A stretch of DNA of 64,000 nt from Candidatus Hydrogenedentota bacterium (GTDB lineage: Bacteria; Hydrogenedentota; Hydrogenedentia; Hydrogenedentales; SLHB01). Shown piece after piece: positions 31,829 through 41,024 of the stretch (positions are counted from its first letter, which is position 1; every line of letters begins with the position of its first letter). Both the position numbers and the translations under genes were made by a program. The stretch is taken from positions 480,001 through 544,000 of the forward strand of contig CAXXYE010000004.1 of assembly GCA_963674865.2 (NCBI GenBank). Reading direction: 5' to 3'. The notes below the pieces were generated by a model that made no database searches, was not told the origin of the DNA, and worked only from the letters and a program-made list of their open reading frames with translations.

Positions 31829-33190
31829 CTAACTCCCCAAAGCCTGTTCAAGCGCCTCTGCCACATTGCCGACCGGCAGCAGTTCCACGGGGGTGAGCCC
31901 CACATGCTCCACACATCCCGCAGGTAGAATACACTTTGTGAAACCGAAGGTCGAGGCTTCCGCCATCCGCGGCCTTGCCATGTCAACCGCCCGTACTTCA
32001 CCCGCCAGTCCCACCTCGCCAAAGGCAACAAGGCCCGCGTCCACCGGGCGGTCGAGAAGACTGGACGCCAAAGCAAGCGCCGCGGCCAGATCCGTCGCCG
32101 GCTCATTGAGCTTCACGCCCCCGGCGACGTTGACAAACACGTCTTTGTCCGCGAAATGCATCCCGGCGCGCTTTTCGAGTACCGCGAGTAGCAAGGAGAT
32201 CCGATTCGGATTGACGCCTGTAACCGTGCGGCGCGGCGAAGCGAGCGGCGTCTCGTGAACGAGGGCCTGGACCTCAACCAAGAGGGGGCGTCTGCCCTCG
32301 ACACTCGGAATCACCACCGACCCGCTGACATCGCGGGGCCGCTCCCCAAGAAACAGGGCGCTTGGATTGGCCACTTCGAGAAGCCCGCCATCCGTCATCT
32401 CAAATACGCCGATTTCATTTGTCGAGCCGAAGCGGTTCTTGACCGCGCGCAGTATCCGCAACGCCTGCCGCCCCTCGCCCTCAAAATACAGAACCGTGTC
32501 GACCACGTGCTCCAGCAGACGGGGGCCGGCGATTGCGCCATCTTTCGTCACGTGGCCCACAAGAAATATGGGCACGTCCGTTTCCTTGGCGAGCCGGAGA
32601 AAGGTATTCGCGCACTCGCGAACCTGGCCGACGGATCCCGGTGCGGCCGTCAGTTCGGAGGAGTAAACGGATTGGATCGAATCGACCACCGCAAAGCGAT
32701 ACTCCCCGGCCGCCAGCCGTGCCTGGATCGCGCCTACTTCGGTTTCCGTGAGGAGGAATAGCCTGTCGCTGAGGGCGCCGAGCCGTTTGGCGCGAAGTCG
32801 GCTCTGATCGAAGGACTCCTCGCCGGAAACGTAGAGCACATTGCCCACGGACTCGGCCAGACGATGGCCAACCTGGAGCATAAGCGTCGACTTCCCGATG
32901 CCCGGATCTCCCCCAATAAGCGTCAAAGAGCCCGGCACGACGCCCCCGCCGAGAACGCGGTCGCATTCTACGATATCGGTACTCAGCCGCGCCGACTCTT
33001 CCCGGCCCGCATCGGTAATCGGCATAGGTTCGGCCCCATCGCGGAAGGAAGGCCGGACATGCTCGCCCCCATCCGACGTCCGCTCCTCGACGATGGTGTT
33101 CCATTCGCCGCAATCCGTGCAGCGCCCGGCCCAACGCACGGCTATCGCGCCGCAGCTCTGGCACACGTATAGTGTCTTGGCCTTGGACAT
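31829..33190 (-). CDS. radA: DNA repair protein RadA/Sms
   Basis: C4 zinc finger, GDPGIGKST, KNRFG, Lon-like C-terminus. Confidence 0.97.
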   Translation of the reverse strand: MSKAKTLYVCQSCGAIAVRWAGRCTDCGEWNTIVEERTSDGGEHVRPSFRDGAEPMPITDAGREESARLSTDIVECDRVLGGGVVPGSLTLIGGDPGIGKSTLMLQVGHRLAESVGNVLYVSGEESFDQSRLRAKRLGALSDRLFLLTETEVGAIQARLAAGEYRFAVVDSIQSVYSSELTAAPGSVGQVRECANTFLRLAKETDVPIFLVGHVTKDGAIAGPRLLEHVVDTVLYFEGEGRQALRILRAVKNRFGSTNEIGVFEMTDGGLLEVANPSALFLGERPRDVSGSVVIPSVEGRRPLLVEVQALVHETPLASPRRTVTGVNPNRISLLLAVLEKRAGMHFADKDVFVNVAGGVKLNEPATDLAAALALASSLLDRPVDAGLVAFGEVGLAGEVRAVDMARPRMAEASTFGFTKCILPAGCVEHVGLTPVELLPVGNVAEALEQALGS

Positions 33191-33369
33191 AAGCGGAGAT
33201 CGCCTCCCGGTACTCCCTTGACCAAGTATAGCAAAATGATGCCGTCGATACATCGTGCCATCCGCCCGGTGAGTAGCCGCCGTCGCCCCAATTATGTTAT
33301 GAATAACGCCATAGATCGTGAGCGGAGGCGGCCCCTTGGGCCGCGCGGAAGGACATAGGAAAGGTTCAC

Positions 33370-34626
33370 ATGGAACGGCTTCGCTTCTTGTCGGAAGACC
33401 AGGTTCGCAGAATCCAGCGGGAATTCGGCACACCCGTCTACGTGTATGACGAGCAAAGCCTGCTGGCACAGGCACGTGAAGCTTTGAGTATGCCGAATGC
33501 CTACGGCCTCAGAGTGCGCTACGCCATGAAGGCCCTTTCCACGGCGGCCATCCTGCGTATCCTTACCGGGGCGGGCCTGGACATCGATGCGAGCAGCGGC
33601 TTCGAGGTCGCACGCGCCCTGCGCGCGGGCATCTCTCCTGAACGCATCCAGGTTACCGCCCAAGAGCCGCCCAAGGAACTCAAGGAACTCGTCGAAAAAG
33701 GCGTGAAGTTCAACGCGTGTTCCTTACATCAATTGCGCCTCTTTGGGCAAATTGCGCCTGGGAGGGAAGTGAGCATTCGCGTCAATCCGGGCCTTGGTAG
33801 CGGCCACAGCAATCGCACTAACACGGGGGGGCCATCGGCAAGCTTCGGAATCTGGCATCAGTATCTCGACGAGGCGCTGGCCATCCAGCGCGATTACGGC
33901 TTACGCATCACGCGGATGCACACTCACGTAGGTTCAGGGACGGATCCCGACGTCTGGAACCGCTGCGCCCGGATGTCGCTTGACGTGGCCGCACGGCTGC
34001 CCGAGGTCGACACCCTCAACCTCGGCGGCGGCTTCAAAGTCGGCCGTATGGCCGACGAGCAGTCCACCGATCTGCACACTGTGGGGGAGTGCATCAAACG
34101 CGATTTCGAGGACTTTGCCGAGAAGCATGGCCGTAAACTCAAACTCGAGGTCGAGCCCGGCACCTACCTCGTGGCCAACGCGGGGGCCTTGCTATGTTCC
34201 GTCACCGACGTGGTCGACACAGGCGCGGACGGCTACCGCTTCATCAAGACGGACAGCGGTATGACCGATTTGGTGCGGCCGAGCATGTACGGCGCGCAGC
34301 ATCCCATCGTCGTCGTGCCCGCACAGGACGAGCCACGCGGAACGGGGAAGTACCTGGTGGTGGGACACTGCTGCGAGAGCGGGGACGTCCTCACGCCTGA
34401 GCCGGGCAATCCCGAAGGGCTGGCCCCACGCTTGTTAACGGAGGCGCGGATTGGCGATGCGCTTGTTGTCGGGGGCGCCGGCGCCTACTCGGCGAGCATG
34501 GCAAGCAAAAACTACAACTCCTTTCCCGAAGCCCCGGAGGTCCTTCTCCACGCCGAGGGCACGACCCGCCTCATCCGTCAGCGGCAAACACTCGAGCAGA
34601 TGCTCGCCAACGAAATCATAGACTGA
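33370..34626 (+). CDS. lysA: Diaminopimelate decarboxylase
   Basis: YAMKA (PLP Lys), HTHVGSG, LNLGGG, EPGTYLV, CCESGD, NYNS. Confidence 0.92.
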   Translation: MERLRFLSEDQVRRIQREFGTPVYVYDEQSLLAQAREALSMPNAYGLRVRYAMKALSTAAILRILTGAGLDIDASSGFEVARALRAGISPERIQVTAQEPPKELKELVEKGVKFNACSLHQLRLFGQIAPGREVSIRVNPGLGSGHSNRTNTGGPSASFGIWHQYLDEALAIQRDYGLRITRMHTHVGSGTDPDVWNRCARMSLDVAARLPEVDTLNLGGGFKVGRMADEQSTDLHTVGECIKRDFEDFAEKHGRKLKLEVEPGTYLVANAGALLCSVTDVVDTGADGYRFIKTDSGMTDLVRPSMYGAQHPIVVVPAQDEPRGTGKYLVVGHCCESGDVLTPEPGNPEGLAPRLLTEARIGDALVVGGAGAYSASMASKNYNSFPEAPEVLLHAEGTTRLIRQRQTLEQMLANEIID

Positions 34627-34844
34627 AGCAGATCGAATAAAGGCGTAGGACAAGAAATCCACCGAGCGACCTACGGGCGGCACGGAAGGACGTCGGCACC
34701 GCTGTACCGCTGCTTGCGCTCTGCTTACCTCCGCGATCTCAGCTTCTCTGCGTTGACAACTCTCCAACGCGGAGCCGGCAGAGCAACCGGGCCAGGCCTT
34801 CGTTCTCGTTCTTGGCGGCTTTGCGTGATATGAAACACGTGTGC

Positions 34845-35873
34845 CTATCGGCGAATCCGCAAGCCTCCGCCTTTGAGCAACGCTTCAACCTCGTCCTTCG
34901 TGCTGTAATTGAAGTCCCCGGGGATGGAGTGGGCGAGGGCGCTGAAGGCATTGCCGAATTGCAGGCCGTATTCCACTCCCTCCATCAGAAAGCCGTAGAT
35001 GAACCCGCCGCTGAAGGAATCGCCGCCGCCCACGCGATCAACGATTTCGACGTCGAACCGCGGCCCTTCGACAATCTTCCCGTCGTGGTAAGCGATCGCG
35101 CCCCACGTGTTCTTCCAGACGCTGATGTTTTCGCGCAAAGTGATGGCCACCGCCTCAAACGAGAACTTCTCAGCCAGTCTCTGCGCCACGATGGCATACG
35201 TCTCACTCGACACATCCTTGAAGGACTCATCGTCCACGGAAACATCCCCAGCAATGCCGAAGACTTTCTTCGTGTCCTCTTCCGTCGAGATGAGCACGTC
35301 CACATACTCCATCATCGGCGTCTGAACGGCCTGCGCCTTCTCCGCCGTCCAGAGCTTGCTGCGATAGTTGAGATCATACGACACCTTGCAGCCTGCCTTC
35401 TTGGCCGCCTTCAAAGCGTCGAGCGTGACGGCCGCGGCCGAATCGCTCAGGGCGGGCGTGATGCCGGAGCAATGGAATAGCCGCACTCCGTCGAAGACCG
35501 CGTCCCAATCCACCATCCCCGGCTCGATCTTGCTGATCGCCGAATGGGCACGGTCATACATGACGGAGCTCGGCCTCGGCGACGCACCGAACTCGATGAA
35601 ATAGAGGCCGACGCGATCCTCGGGCGTCCAGACGATGAAGTCGGTATCGACGCCATGCTTCCGCGCCTCATTGCGAACCATCCGCCCCAGGGAATTATCC
35701 GTCAGCCGCGAAACCCACCGCGTCCTGAGCCCAAGCCGGCTGACGGCCACGGCTACGTTGAGTTCCGCCCCCCCGATGCGCGCGTCGAAGCTCGGCGTCT
35801 GCTCTAGTCTCATGAAGTCCGGCGGCGAAAACCTCACCATCGTCTCGCCGAAAGTGACGACATCCGCGCTCAT
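34845..35873 (-). CDS. PfkB-family sugar kinase (2-keto-3-deoxygluconate kinase-like)
   Basis: FGETM, GGAELNVA, YDRAHSA, DLNYRSKLW, DRVGGGDSF. Confidence 0.9.
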   Translation of the reverse strand: MSADVVTFGETMVRFSPPDFMRLEQTPSFDARIGGAELNVAVAVSRLGLRTRWVSRLTDNSLGRMVRNEARKHGVDTDFIVWTPEDRVGLYFIEFGASPRPSSVMYDRAHSAISKIEPGMVDWDAVFDGVRLFHCSGITPALSDSAAAVTLDALKAAKKAGCKVSYDLNYRSKLWTAEKAQAVQTPMMEYVDVLISTEEDTKKVFGIAGDVSVDDESFKDVSSETYAIVAQRLAEKFSFEAVAITLRENISVWKNTWGAIAYHDGKIVEGPRFDVEIVDRVGGGDSFSGGFIYGFLMEGVEYGLQFGNAFSALAHSIPGDFNYSTKDEVEALLKGGGLRIRR

Positions 35874-35995
35874 ATCTTTGCCCTCCGCTTGCGGTTCGAT
35901 TACCATGGAGCATTCTTGAAATAGGTTGAGCAGCTATTGTGCCATGGCGCTCACAGGAGTTCCAAGACGCACGGCCAGGTTCTGGAGGCAAAGCG

Positions 35996-36793
35996 ATGAG
36001 CAGTGAAGCGAAGCAGGTGGCGCTGGTAACCGGCGCGGGGCAAGGCATTGGGCGTGGGATCGCCCTCCGACTCGCACAGGAGGGATTCCACGTTATCATC
36101 AACGATGTCGTGGCCGATGAATCGGACACGTCCGGCGGCGCCTACGAGGTGAAGGCGGTTATCGTCGGCAGCGGCGGGACAGCGGATGTATTTCGCGCGG
36201 ATATCGCCTCCGGAGATGACCGCCAGGCCATGATGGCGTTCATCACGGAACGGTTCGGGCGGCTTGACCTACTGGTGAATAACGCCGGCGTCGCCCCGAA
36301 GGAGCGGAAAGACATTCTCGAAGCCTCGGAAGAAAGCTTCGACAGGCTCATGTCCATTAACCTGCGCGGGCCGTACTTCCTGACGCAGCTTGTGGCCAAC
36401 CGCATGATCGCCTGGAAAGAGGCGGGGATCGTCGAGACGCCGCGCATCGCGTTCATTACCTCCATTTCCGCCTACACCTCTTCGACGGCCCGCGGGGAGT
36501 ACTGCGTGTCCAAAGCGGGCCTCAGTATGGCGGCCCAACTTTACGCCGACCGCCTCGGCGAGTACGGCATCCCGGTGCTCGAGATCAGCCCGGGCGTCAT
36601 CGAGACGCCCATGACGAGCGTCGTGAAGGAGAAATATGACAAGCTCATCGCCGAGGGGCTGCTGGTAACGAAACGCTGGGGCCAGCCGGACGACATCGCC
36701 GGCGTCGTCGCCGCCTTCGCGCAAGGATTCCTCGATTATTCCACCGGCCAGCGCATCGAAGTGGGCGGCGGCTTTGGCCTCAGGCGATTGTGA
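35996..36793 (+). CDS. SDR-family oxidoreductase
   Basis: TGAGQGIG, NNAG, YCVSK catalytic motif. Confidence 0.9.
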   Translation: MSSEAKQVALVTGAGQGIGRGIALRLAQEGFHVIINDVVADESDTSGGAYEVKAVIVGSGGTADVFRADIASGDDRQAMMAFITERFGRLDLLVNNAGVAPKERKDILEASEESFDRLMSINLRGPYFLTQLVANRMIAWKEAGIVETPRIAFITSISAYTSSTARGEYCVSKAGLSMAAQLYADRLGEYGIPVLEISPGVIETPMTSVVKEKYDKLIAEGLLVTKRWGQPDDIAGVVAAFAQGFLDYSTGQRIEVGGGFGLRRL

Positions 36794-36821
36794 GACGGCA
36801 CTGCGAATCGAGGGAAAAGGC

Positions 36822-37346
36822 ATGAAACCTAAGGGGAGAACCGCTCAGATGCTTATCCCTACGCTCATTATGGCGGTGTTGGCCCTAATCCTTCTCGGCA
36901 TCGGATACCACCGCGGCCACGGGCAGCATATCGCAGGCATGAAGAGCGCCCTGACGATGACCGTCGAGGTCTTGCCGCTGCTGCTGTTCGCCTTCGTCGT
37001 CGCGGGGATGGTACAGGCCTTGGTTCCTAACGAAACCGTCGCGAAATGGGTGGGGGAGAAGGCGGGATTCAAAGGACTTTTCATCGGCACCGTCGCCGGC
37101 GGCTTCTGCCCGGGCGGGCCCTACGTGAGCCTGCCCATTGTCGCCGGATTGCTGCGCTCCGGCGCCGGCGTCGGCGTCGTCGTGGCGTTCCTGACGAGTT
37201 GGTCCCTGTGGGCCGTGGCACGCCTGCCCATGGAGGTCGGCACCGTAGGCTGGCGCGTGACGACTATCCGCGTCGCCAGCGTGTTCTTCTTCCCACCTAT
37301 CGCCGGCCTCATCGCCCACGGCCTTGCAAGAATCTGGCGCGCGTGA
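36822..37346 (+). CDS. Small membrane permease (DUF318-like)
   Basis: Hydrophobic; PGGPYVSLP, FLTSWSLW, RLPME. Confidence 0.75.
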   Translation: MKPKGRTAQMLIPTLIMAVLALILLGIGYHRGHGQHIAGMKSALTMTVEVLPLLLFAFVVAGMVQALVPNETVAKWVGEKAGFKGLFIGTVAGGFCPGGPYVSLPIVAGLLRSGAGVGVVVAFLTSWSLWAVARLPMEVGTVGWRVTTIRVASVFFFPPIAGLIAHGLARIWRA

Positions 37347-37381
37347 GAATGGCCAGGGCCTCCCGGCGCACGAGGAAAGAG

Positions 37382-38587
37382 ATGAAACGTATACACCCAC
37401 TAACCAGCGCCATTCTGTTAGCCTGCTCTATAACGACGGCAGTGGCCGAAAATTGGCACATTCACAGTATCGACAATCAAGAGCGGGGCGCCGATGGAGT
37501 CCGGTTTGATGATGTCAACCACGACGGCCTACTCGATATAGCCGTGGGATGGGAGGAGGCGGGGGAGACTCGTGTCTATATTCATCCCGGGCCTGACAAG
37601 GTCAAAGAGCCCTGGCCGAAGGTGACCGTGGGGAAAAGTGGACGCGTGGAGGACGCGGTCTTCTGCGACCTCGATGCGGATGGCGCTGTGGATGTGGTGA
37701 GCTCCTCTGAAAGCAAAGCCATCTTCATCCACTGGGCGCCGAAAGATCCAGGAGCATACTTGGATGCCGACTCTTGGGAGACGGAAGTCCTCCCATCTTC
37801 AGAGGGGGTGCACAACTGGATGATTTCTCTCCCGCTCCAGATCGACGGCAAGCACGGCCTTGACCTCCTTGCCGCGGGCAAGGGCGAGCGACTCGTGTGG
37901 TTTGAAGCGCCCTCCAATTCACGCGATGTGGACCAGTGGCGCATGCACGTGATCACAGACAAGGGGGGATGGACCATGGGCTTGGCCGCCGTGGATATGG
38001 ACCGCGACGGCGACAAGGATGCGCTCGTCGGCATCCGCGACCAACATCCGGGAGTGAAGTGGCTGGAGAATCCCGGCCCTGGCCCGGAGCAGACAAAGCC
38101 TTGGCGCCCCCGCGAAATCGGAGTTCAGGGAATCGCTGCGGGATTCGTCGAGGCGGCCGACCTCGACCAGGACGGCTTTCTCGACGTGGTCGCGCCCCTC
38201 ATGGGGGCGAAAAAGGTACTGATTCTTCGCGGCCTAGATAAACAAGCCACCGAATGGGAAACCATCGAGATTCCCATGCCCAAGGAGCGCAACAAAGGCG
38301 TTGCCGTCGGCGATATCGACCTCGACGGCCAAACGGATGTAGTTATTACGCACGAGTTCGGCGATGCTGTCTGGCTATCGTGCGATGGGAGCATAAGCGA
38401 GGGCCACTGGACCTACCACATGATCGCGAGTGGCGGAAAGCTGGATGATGTCGCGTTGCAGGATGTCGACCTCGACGGCGACCTGGACGTCTTCACGACG
38501 GACGAGAGAGGACTCCAGGTCGTGTGGTACGAGAATCCTGCGCGCCACAAGGCCGAGCATCAGCAAGAGCTGAAACCGAGGCGATAG
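37382..38587 (+). CDS. Exported FG-GAP/VCBS-repeat beta-propeller protein
   Basis: Signal peptide; repeated DxDxDGxxD motifs (DVNHDGLLD, DLDADGAVD, DMDRDGDKD, DLDQDGFLD, DIDLDGQTD) and WxENP. Confidence 0.85.
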   Translation: MKRIHPLTSAILLACSITTAVAENWHIHSIDNQERGADGVRFDDVNHDGLLDIAVGWEEAGETRVYIHPGPDKVKEPWPKVTVGKSGRVEDAVFCDLDADGAVDVVSSSESKAIFIHWAPKDPGAYLDADSWETEVLPSSEGVHNWMISLPLQIDGKHGLDLLAAGKGERLVWFEAPSNSRDVDQWRMHVITDKGGWTMGLAAVDMDRDGDKDALVGIRDQHPGVKWLENPGPGPEQTKPWRPREIGVQGIAAGFVEAADLDQDGFLDVVAPLMGAKKVLILRGLDKQATEWETIEIPMPKERNKGVAVGDIDLDGQTDVVITHEFGDAVWLSCDGSISEGHWTYHMIASGGKLDDVALQDVDLDGDLDVFTTDERGLQVVWYENPARHKAEHQQELKPRR

Positions 38588-38716
38588 GCCGAGCGCCCTA
38601 GTGCGCCAGCGGCTGACGCGTCCGCACAAATGCAATCACTTGGCAGACACTCGACACGCGTAGTACACTTATCCAAAGAGTGCAATAGACGATAATCACG
38701 TCAGGTAAACCAACGC

Positions 38717-39493
38717 GTGCAAGAACCGATGTCAAGCAGCGAGTCACATCTGTTTGTTGTCCAGCGGAAGGATGGCCCTGCGCGGATAGCCTTCAGCGAT
38801 GACCTCTTAGCCCGTCTCCCTGCGTATCACGTCCGATTGCTCAAGCGAATCGCCGCCGCGGCCCCTTCTCCCTGGCCGCCGAGCGTCCTATTCGTGAGCG
38901 AAGGCGAGTACCGCACGGCTTCCGAGGAAACATGCATTGTAGCGCTACCGAACTCGTTTCTGGACAGAGTCGGGCAATGGGAGAAGAGGCCGGCTGCGCT
39001 TCGTCATATGCTGCACATTCTATGGCCCGTAGGGGACTTGGCGAAGTTGGAGGAGGCGATTCAACACTCCCTGTCTGCAAACGCCAGTAGTGAAGACACC
39101 TGTCGCCTGGATGGAGATCGGTGCGCTTGCGGCAAGGACTCGGTCTTTGGCCTAAGATTCTGGTTCCGGCTCTGTCCTTTTCACTCCATCGCGTACGTCT
39201 TGCTCATCGCTCTATGTGGACTCCCGATACTGGCAATAGTACTGACTCACGCATATCTCAAGCTTCGCCTCAGGATTCTCCTTCACCCTTCGGATAGGGA
39301 CGCCCTCTTCAGGCTCGCGGAAGTCCGCTACGCCTTCGGCAAAGGCAGGGCCTTCAATCGCACGAAGCGACGCTTGCTGACGCTCGACCTCACCCCTAAG
39401 CAAAGCAAACAACTCAACAGGATGGTACTGCCTGAAAACCTGACGACCTTCAAGGTGCTCCTGAGCATCATACGGAGGAAGACCGGAAGCTAG
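38717..39493 (+). CDS. Hypothetical membrane protein
   Basis: 258-aa ORF filling the gap; one TM after a Cys cluster; no recognised family. Confidence 0.5.
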   Translation: MQEPMSSSESHLFVVQRKDGPARIAFSDDLLARLPAYHVRLLKRIAAAAPSPWPPSVLFVSEGEYRTASEETCIVALPNSFLDRVGQWEKRPAALRHMLHILWPVGDLAKLEEAIQHSLSANASSEDTCRLDGDRCACGKDSVFGLRFWFRLCPFHSIAYVLLIALCGLPILAIVLTHAYLKLRLRILLHPSDRDALFRLAEVRYAFGKGRAFNRTKRRLLTLDLTPKQSKQLNRMVLPENLTTFKVLLSIIRRKTGS

Positions 39494-39563
39494 GCATGGC
39501 CGGCTCATCCCGGCCGCGAGCAGCCCATATGCCGTGATAAGGCCGAGACAAGACGCCGCTTCT

Positions 39564-39593
39564 TTGACTTCCATACGCCACTACAGCTAGAAT
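39564..39593 (+). promoter_or_regulatory. Putative sigma70 promoter of glyQS
   Basis: TTGACT (39564-39569), 18 bp, TAGAAT (39588-39593). Confidence 0.55.
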
Positions 39594-39670
39594 TCGCACA
39601 ATCACTTAAGCCCTTTTTGCCGGTGGCGGAAAGGGGTTCTTCTTTTTGTTGACATAGATGGGAGCCTATT

Positions 39671-40966
39671 GTGGAGCGTATCGTCAGTCTTTGTAAGCGG
39701 CGGGGATTCATCTATCAGTCCAGCGGTTTGTACGGCGGCATCAACGGCTGCTGGGACTTCGGCCCCCTCGGCGCGGAGCTCAAGCGAAACCTGAAGAATG
39801 ACTGGTGGTACGTATTCGTCCAGCAGCGCGACGATATGGTTGGCCTGGACGCCAGCATCATCATGCATCCGGGCGTGTGGGTGGCCAGCGGCCACGTCGA
39901 GCAGTTTCACGACATGCTGGTGGACTGCAAAGAGTGCAAACACCGCTTCCGCCAGGACGAACTCGAGGCCGAGCGCTGTCCGGACTGCGGCGGCGAGTTA
40001 ACCGAGCCGAAAGCCTTCAACAGCATGCTCCGCACGCGCCTCGGCGTGAGCGACGACTCCTCTGTCGAAACCTACCTTCGCCCCGAGACTTGCCAGGCCA
40101 TCTTCGTCGATTTCAAAGAAGTCTACTCGACCTCCCGCATGAAGGTGCCCTTCGGCATCGCCCAGATCGGCAAGGCGTTTCGGAACGAGATCAATCCGCG
40201 CAACTTCATCTTCCGCAGCCGCGAGTTCGAGCAGATGGAGATTGAGTTCTTCTGCAAAGAAGATCAGGAAGGCCAGTGGTTTGATCGCTGGCAAGCCGAT
40301 GTGTGGCAGTGGTATCTCGATATCGGCCTCAGCGAGGACAAGCTGCGCTGGTACGAGCATCCCAAGGAGTCTCTGGCCCACTACTCGAAACGCACCGCGG
40401 ACATCGAATACGAGTTCCCCTTCGGCTGGGGCGAACTCCAGGGACTCGCCAACCGCGGCAGCTTCGATCTCACGCAGCACACCAACGCCTCCGGCAAAGA
40501 CCTCTCCTTCTTCGACGAACAGACGAAAGAGAAGTTCATGCCGAGCGTCATCGAGCCGTCGGCGGGCGTCGACCGCACCTGCCTGGCCGTGCTCTGCAAC
40601 GCGTACGAGGAAGAGGACGTCGAGGGCGAGAAGCGCGTCGTGATGCGGCTTCATCCACGGCTCGCGCCGATCAAGGCCGGCGTGTTCCCGTTGGTGAAGA
40701 AGAACGGCCTCGCCGAAATCGCCATGGATCTCGAGAAAAAGCTCCGCAAGAAGTTCCCCACCTTCTACGATCAACGCGGGGCCATCGGACGCCGCTACCG
40801 CCGCATGGACGAAATCGGCACACCCTTCTGCATCTGCGTGGACTTCCAAACCAAGGACGACGGCACCGTCACCATCCGCGATCGCGATACCATGGAGCAG
40901 ATCCGCATTGCGATGGACGAGGTTTCGCCCTACATTGCCCAACGCTGCTCAAACGAACGGGAATAG
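39671..40966 (+). CDS. glyQS: Glycine--tRNA ligase, homodimeric (alpha2) type
   Basis: LCKRRGF, YLRPET, FRNEINPRNFIFRSREFEQME, VIEPSAG, IGRRYRRMDEIGTPFC. Confidence 0.96.
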   Translation: MERIVSLCKRRGFIYQSSGLYGGINGCWDFGPLGAELKRNLKNDWWYVFVQQRDDMVGLDASIIMHPGVWVASGHVEQFHDMLVDCKECKHRFRQDELEAERCPDCGGELTEPKAFNSMLRTRLGVSDDSSVETYLRPETCQAIFVDFKEVYSTSRMKVPFGIAQIGKAFRNEINPRNFIFRSREFEQMEIEFFCKEDQEGQWFDRWQADVWQWYLDIGLSEDKLRWYEHPKESLAHYSKRTADIEYEFPFGWGELQGLANRGSFDLTQHTNASGKDLSFFDEQTKEKFMPSVIEPSAGVDRTCLAVLCNAYEEEDVEGEKRVVMRLHPRLAPIKAGVFPLVKKNGLAEIAMDLEKKLRKKFPTFYDQRGAIGRRYRRMDEIGTPFCICVDFQTKDDGTVTIRDRDTMEQIRIAMDEVSPYIAQRCSNERE

Positions 40967-41024
40967 GCAGCAGTCACTTGGCCGTACGCGCGGGACGTCT
41001 CCCGCCATCGTCGTCACAGATGCC

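Noticed and set aside
37046..37381. N-terminal extension of the FG-GAP ORF (also extensions of radA, pyrD and the Gfo/Idh/MocA ORF)
   Set aside because: Extensions overlap neighbouring genes or lack family features; downstream starts fit better
39500..39670. T-box riboswitch upstream of glyQS
   Set aside because: Leader too short; no T-box consensus or specifier stem recognisable
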